A stretch of DNA of 64,000 bases, from assembly GCA_000004695.1 (NCBI GenBank), contig CM000153.2, positions 4,320,001 through 4,384,000 of the forward strand. Reading direction: 5' to 3'. The DNA comes from Dictyostelium discoideum. Lineage: Eukaryota. The translations under genes were made by a program, and so were the position numbers. Below the pieces are notes generated by a model. That model saw only the letters and a list, made by a program, of their open reading frames with translations. It searched no databases and was not told the origin of the DNA. Shown piece by piece: positions 61,593 to 64,000 of this stretch; position 1 is the stretch's first letter; the number at the start of each line of letters is the position of its first letter.

Positions 61593-63192
61593 ATGTCAGG
61601 TCTCATATACAGGAAAATCTCAAACTTAGCAGGATTCTCATTATGTAATATTTTTGCATATGTTATATATGTTTCATCAATTAAACATAGTAAGTTTATT
61701 CTCAATATTGTATTTTTTTTTATTTTTTACTAATAATTTTTTTATTTTATATTTTATTTTTTATAATAATAACAATAGAGGGAAATAAAAATTTAGTTAC
61801 AATTATAGGATCAGATAATGATAAAGATATAATTAAAATCAATATTTTTTTTAGTGATAAAGATAAAGAATTTTTAGAGTCACTTACATTTGGAGCAATT
61901 GTAAAAGTTCAAAGATTAAAGATAACAAAAATCGAAAAAGAAAAGAATAGCAGTGTTGGTAAAGGTGATTTAGACGATCATGATAGAGGTTTTAATATAG
62001 TTTCAATAGCAACCCATTGTGATATAAAACGTGGAGATCTACCAACTTCAACAATCGAACATTTCACTTGGGATGAAGGAGAGAAGAAAATCTGTTTGGA
62101 TATGAGAGAGAAATGGAAAAATTATAGTTCTGTTTGGGCTGAACATTTAAAGAGTAGTTCTTATGGTATAAGAAATCATTCTGTTGTACAATCACTACCA
62201 CAACAACAAACAAACAATACATCTGGTGCAACAACAACAACAACAACAACAGGAAAAGTTAAATTCACATTTACAAGTATTGAAAATTTAAAACCAAATA
62301 CATTTGTTAGTTTAGTAGCAAAGGTTTTAGAGAAAACATTTACAGTTGGTAATGGGGGTAAACGAGCAACAATAAAATTATGGGATGGTACAGGTCAAGA
62401 TGTAATTTGGGTTAATGATCAACCTACTTTGGGTAATACTATCTTTGTAAATACATGGGAACAAAATTTAATCAATGATATCGATGGTTTAGAACAAGAT
62501 TCATGGGTTTCAATAACTGGTGCAAAAGTATCAATATACAAAGATATCTTAGAGATTAAATTATATAAAAATTCAAAGATCTTTCGTTTGGATGATAATA
62601 GTCAATTGGTTCAAACAATTTTAAAAAATTATAGAATAAAATGTGATATTGATACAAATGATAATGATAAAGTTAATAATGAAGATGCTGATGCTGATGC
62701 TGATGGTAGTGATGAAAAAAATAGAAAAAGAATGAAAACTGATGGTAGTGGTGGAAATGAAGGGGAGGAAGAAGAAGAAGAAGAATATGATCCAATTTAT
62801 CGTGATATTAAAGTAACTGAAACTCATTATCCTCATATAACAACCACCACAATTGCAGATGTTTTATCAAAAAATCAAAAAGTACCAAATAAATTTAAAT
62901 TAAATGTATCATTTTCTCAACATATTCCATTGAATGTTCAAGATTTCTCAAGAATTCATTGTAGAGTTTGTCAACATGCAGCAGATTACTATGATAGTTC
63001 AAATACAAATAGAGATCAAGAGTTAATTTCATGTTCTGCATGTGGTTCAAGCCAAACTGATTATATCTTTTTATTTAAATTTATTTTAAAAGATTCAACT
63101 GGTGAAATTCCAATAATATTTGCAAATCATGCAGTATGTATAATTATTATTAATAATTAATTTTTATTTTAATTTATTAATATCTTTTATTA

Positions 63193-63278
<86 letters not shown>

Positions 63279-63490
63279 TTATTATTATATAGAATTACTT
63301 TTTAAATATGATACCATGTAGTTTATATAATAATACAGATGCGTTATCTTCAATTGAATCAAAGTTAAAAATATTAAAGAAGCCAAATCTTACATTTGAT
63401 ATTTGTATAATGTCATATTATGAATCTGGAAAAGAAAGATTACCAGAAAACGTCAAATATCAAGCATTCGATACAAAATTAACAATTTAA
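61593..63490 (+). CDS. OB-fold ssDNA-binding protein of ~549 aa with a POT1-like N-terminal OB and an RPA70 DBD-C-like C-terminal zinc ribbon. Exons are 61593..61689, 61779..63133 and 63293..63490.
   Basis: The N-terminal OB segment ...LTFGAIVKVQRLKITKIE resembles POT1 OB1 (...YKNGDIVRFHRLKIQVYK). The central OB reads FVSLVAKVLEKTF...ATIKLWDGTGQDVIWVND...WVSITGAKVSIY. The C-terminal segment is RIHCRVCQHAADYYDSSNTNRDQELISCSACGSSQTDYIFLFKFILKDSTGEIPIIFANHAV, a C-x2-C-x21-C-x2-C ribbon collinear with RPA70 DBD-C (ACPSCNKKV...YRCEKC...[26 protein letters not shown]). Donors are GTAAGT (phase 1) and GTATGT (phase 0). Intron 2 carries a (TTA)~30 repeat. Confidence 0.65.
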
Positions 63491-63619
63491 TCGTATATTT
63501 TTAGAAGAAATAAATGATATAAATTGTTTTTACTTTTTTTTTTTTTTTTTTTTTTTTTAATTATAAATAAAAACTATAAATAAATAAACTTTAAATAAAA
63601 TTAAAAAAAAAAAAAGTAT

Positions 63620-63988
63620 TTAAATATGTTTTTTATTATTTATATTGTTGTTAACACTATTATTATTATTATTATGATGATCGCCAGGAGTAGAATTATT
63701 ACTACTATTACTTAATGATAAATTTTGAATTGTTAAAGTTAATGATGATAAAGTTAAAGATAAAGTATCTGTAATGGATTTTAAAACTGCAATTGATTCT
63801 TGTAACGATTCGTTGTTATTATTGTTATTACTATTGTTATTATTACTATTATTTTCTTTTTCTTTTTGTTGATATGGTTTTATACAATTTAAAATCTTTA
63901 ATCTTGCTCCCAATGTAGGAATACATAAATCTTCGATTAAATGCTTTTCTGTAAGAAATCCTAAATTATCTAAAGTAATATCATTCAT
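63620..63988 (-). CDS. SAM-domain-containing Asn-rich protein, probably partial at the window edge.
   Basis: The ORF MNDITLDNLGFLTEKHLIEDLCIPTLGARLKILNCIKPY... matches the C-terminal three helices of a sterile-alpha-motif domain (L..LGI...GHRLKIL..I). The ATG lies 12 nt from the end of the window, so an upstream exon encoding the first SAM helices cannot be excluded. Confidence 0.4.
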   Translation of the reverse strand: MNDITLDNLGFLTEKHLIEDLCIPTLGARLKILNCIKPYQQKEKENNSNNNNSNNNNNNESLQESIAVLKSITDTLSLTLSSLTLTIQNLSLSNSSNNSTPGDHHNNNNNSVNNNINNKKHI

Positions 63989-64000
63989 TATAAAATTATC

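Overview
This 64 kb window is AT-rich (~78% A+T), gene-dense nuclear DNA of a dictyostelid social amoeba, almost certainly Dictyostelium discoideum. The diagnostic features are short AT-rich introns with GTAAGT/GTATGT donors and (T/A)nAG acceptors, poly-A/poly-T intergenic spacers, and coding (AAT)n and (CAA)n microsatellites that produce long poly-Asn and poly-Gln tracts. There are no prokaryotic features such as operons, CRISPR arrays or rho-independent terminators. I can support about 28 protein-coding genes, several of them multi-exon, with exon models built by hand from splice signals and frame continuity. Genes recognised by conserved sequence are atg8, the SF3b 14 kDa subunit, a ZIP zinc transporter, ku80, two diverged PTGR1-like NADP oxidoreductases in inverted orientation, a G8-domain CEMIP/TMEM2-like secreted protein with a (TPTT)n linker, HGSNAT, a PHO80-like cyclin, the MAP kinase erkA, a WBP4/FBP21-like zinc-finger protein, an FAD-dependent monooxygenase, an N-myristoylated NCS-like EF-hand protein, a cAMP-receptor-like GPCR, and an OB-fold protein that combines a POT1-like N-terminus with an RPA70 DBD-C-like zinc ribbon. 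Lineage-specific genes include a tandem pair of poly-Asn-rich paralogs, a large EGF-containing type I membrane protein, and several small secreted proteins. A ~1,630-aa low-complexity protein has two upstream exons, absent from its 1,486-aa ORF, that encode a C1-type zinc finger. No tRNA or rRNA genes were found. One ~330 bp MITE-like inverted-repeat element and many microsatellites are noted.
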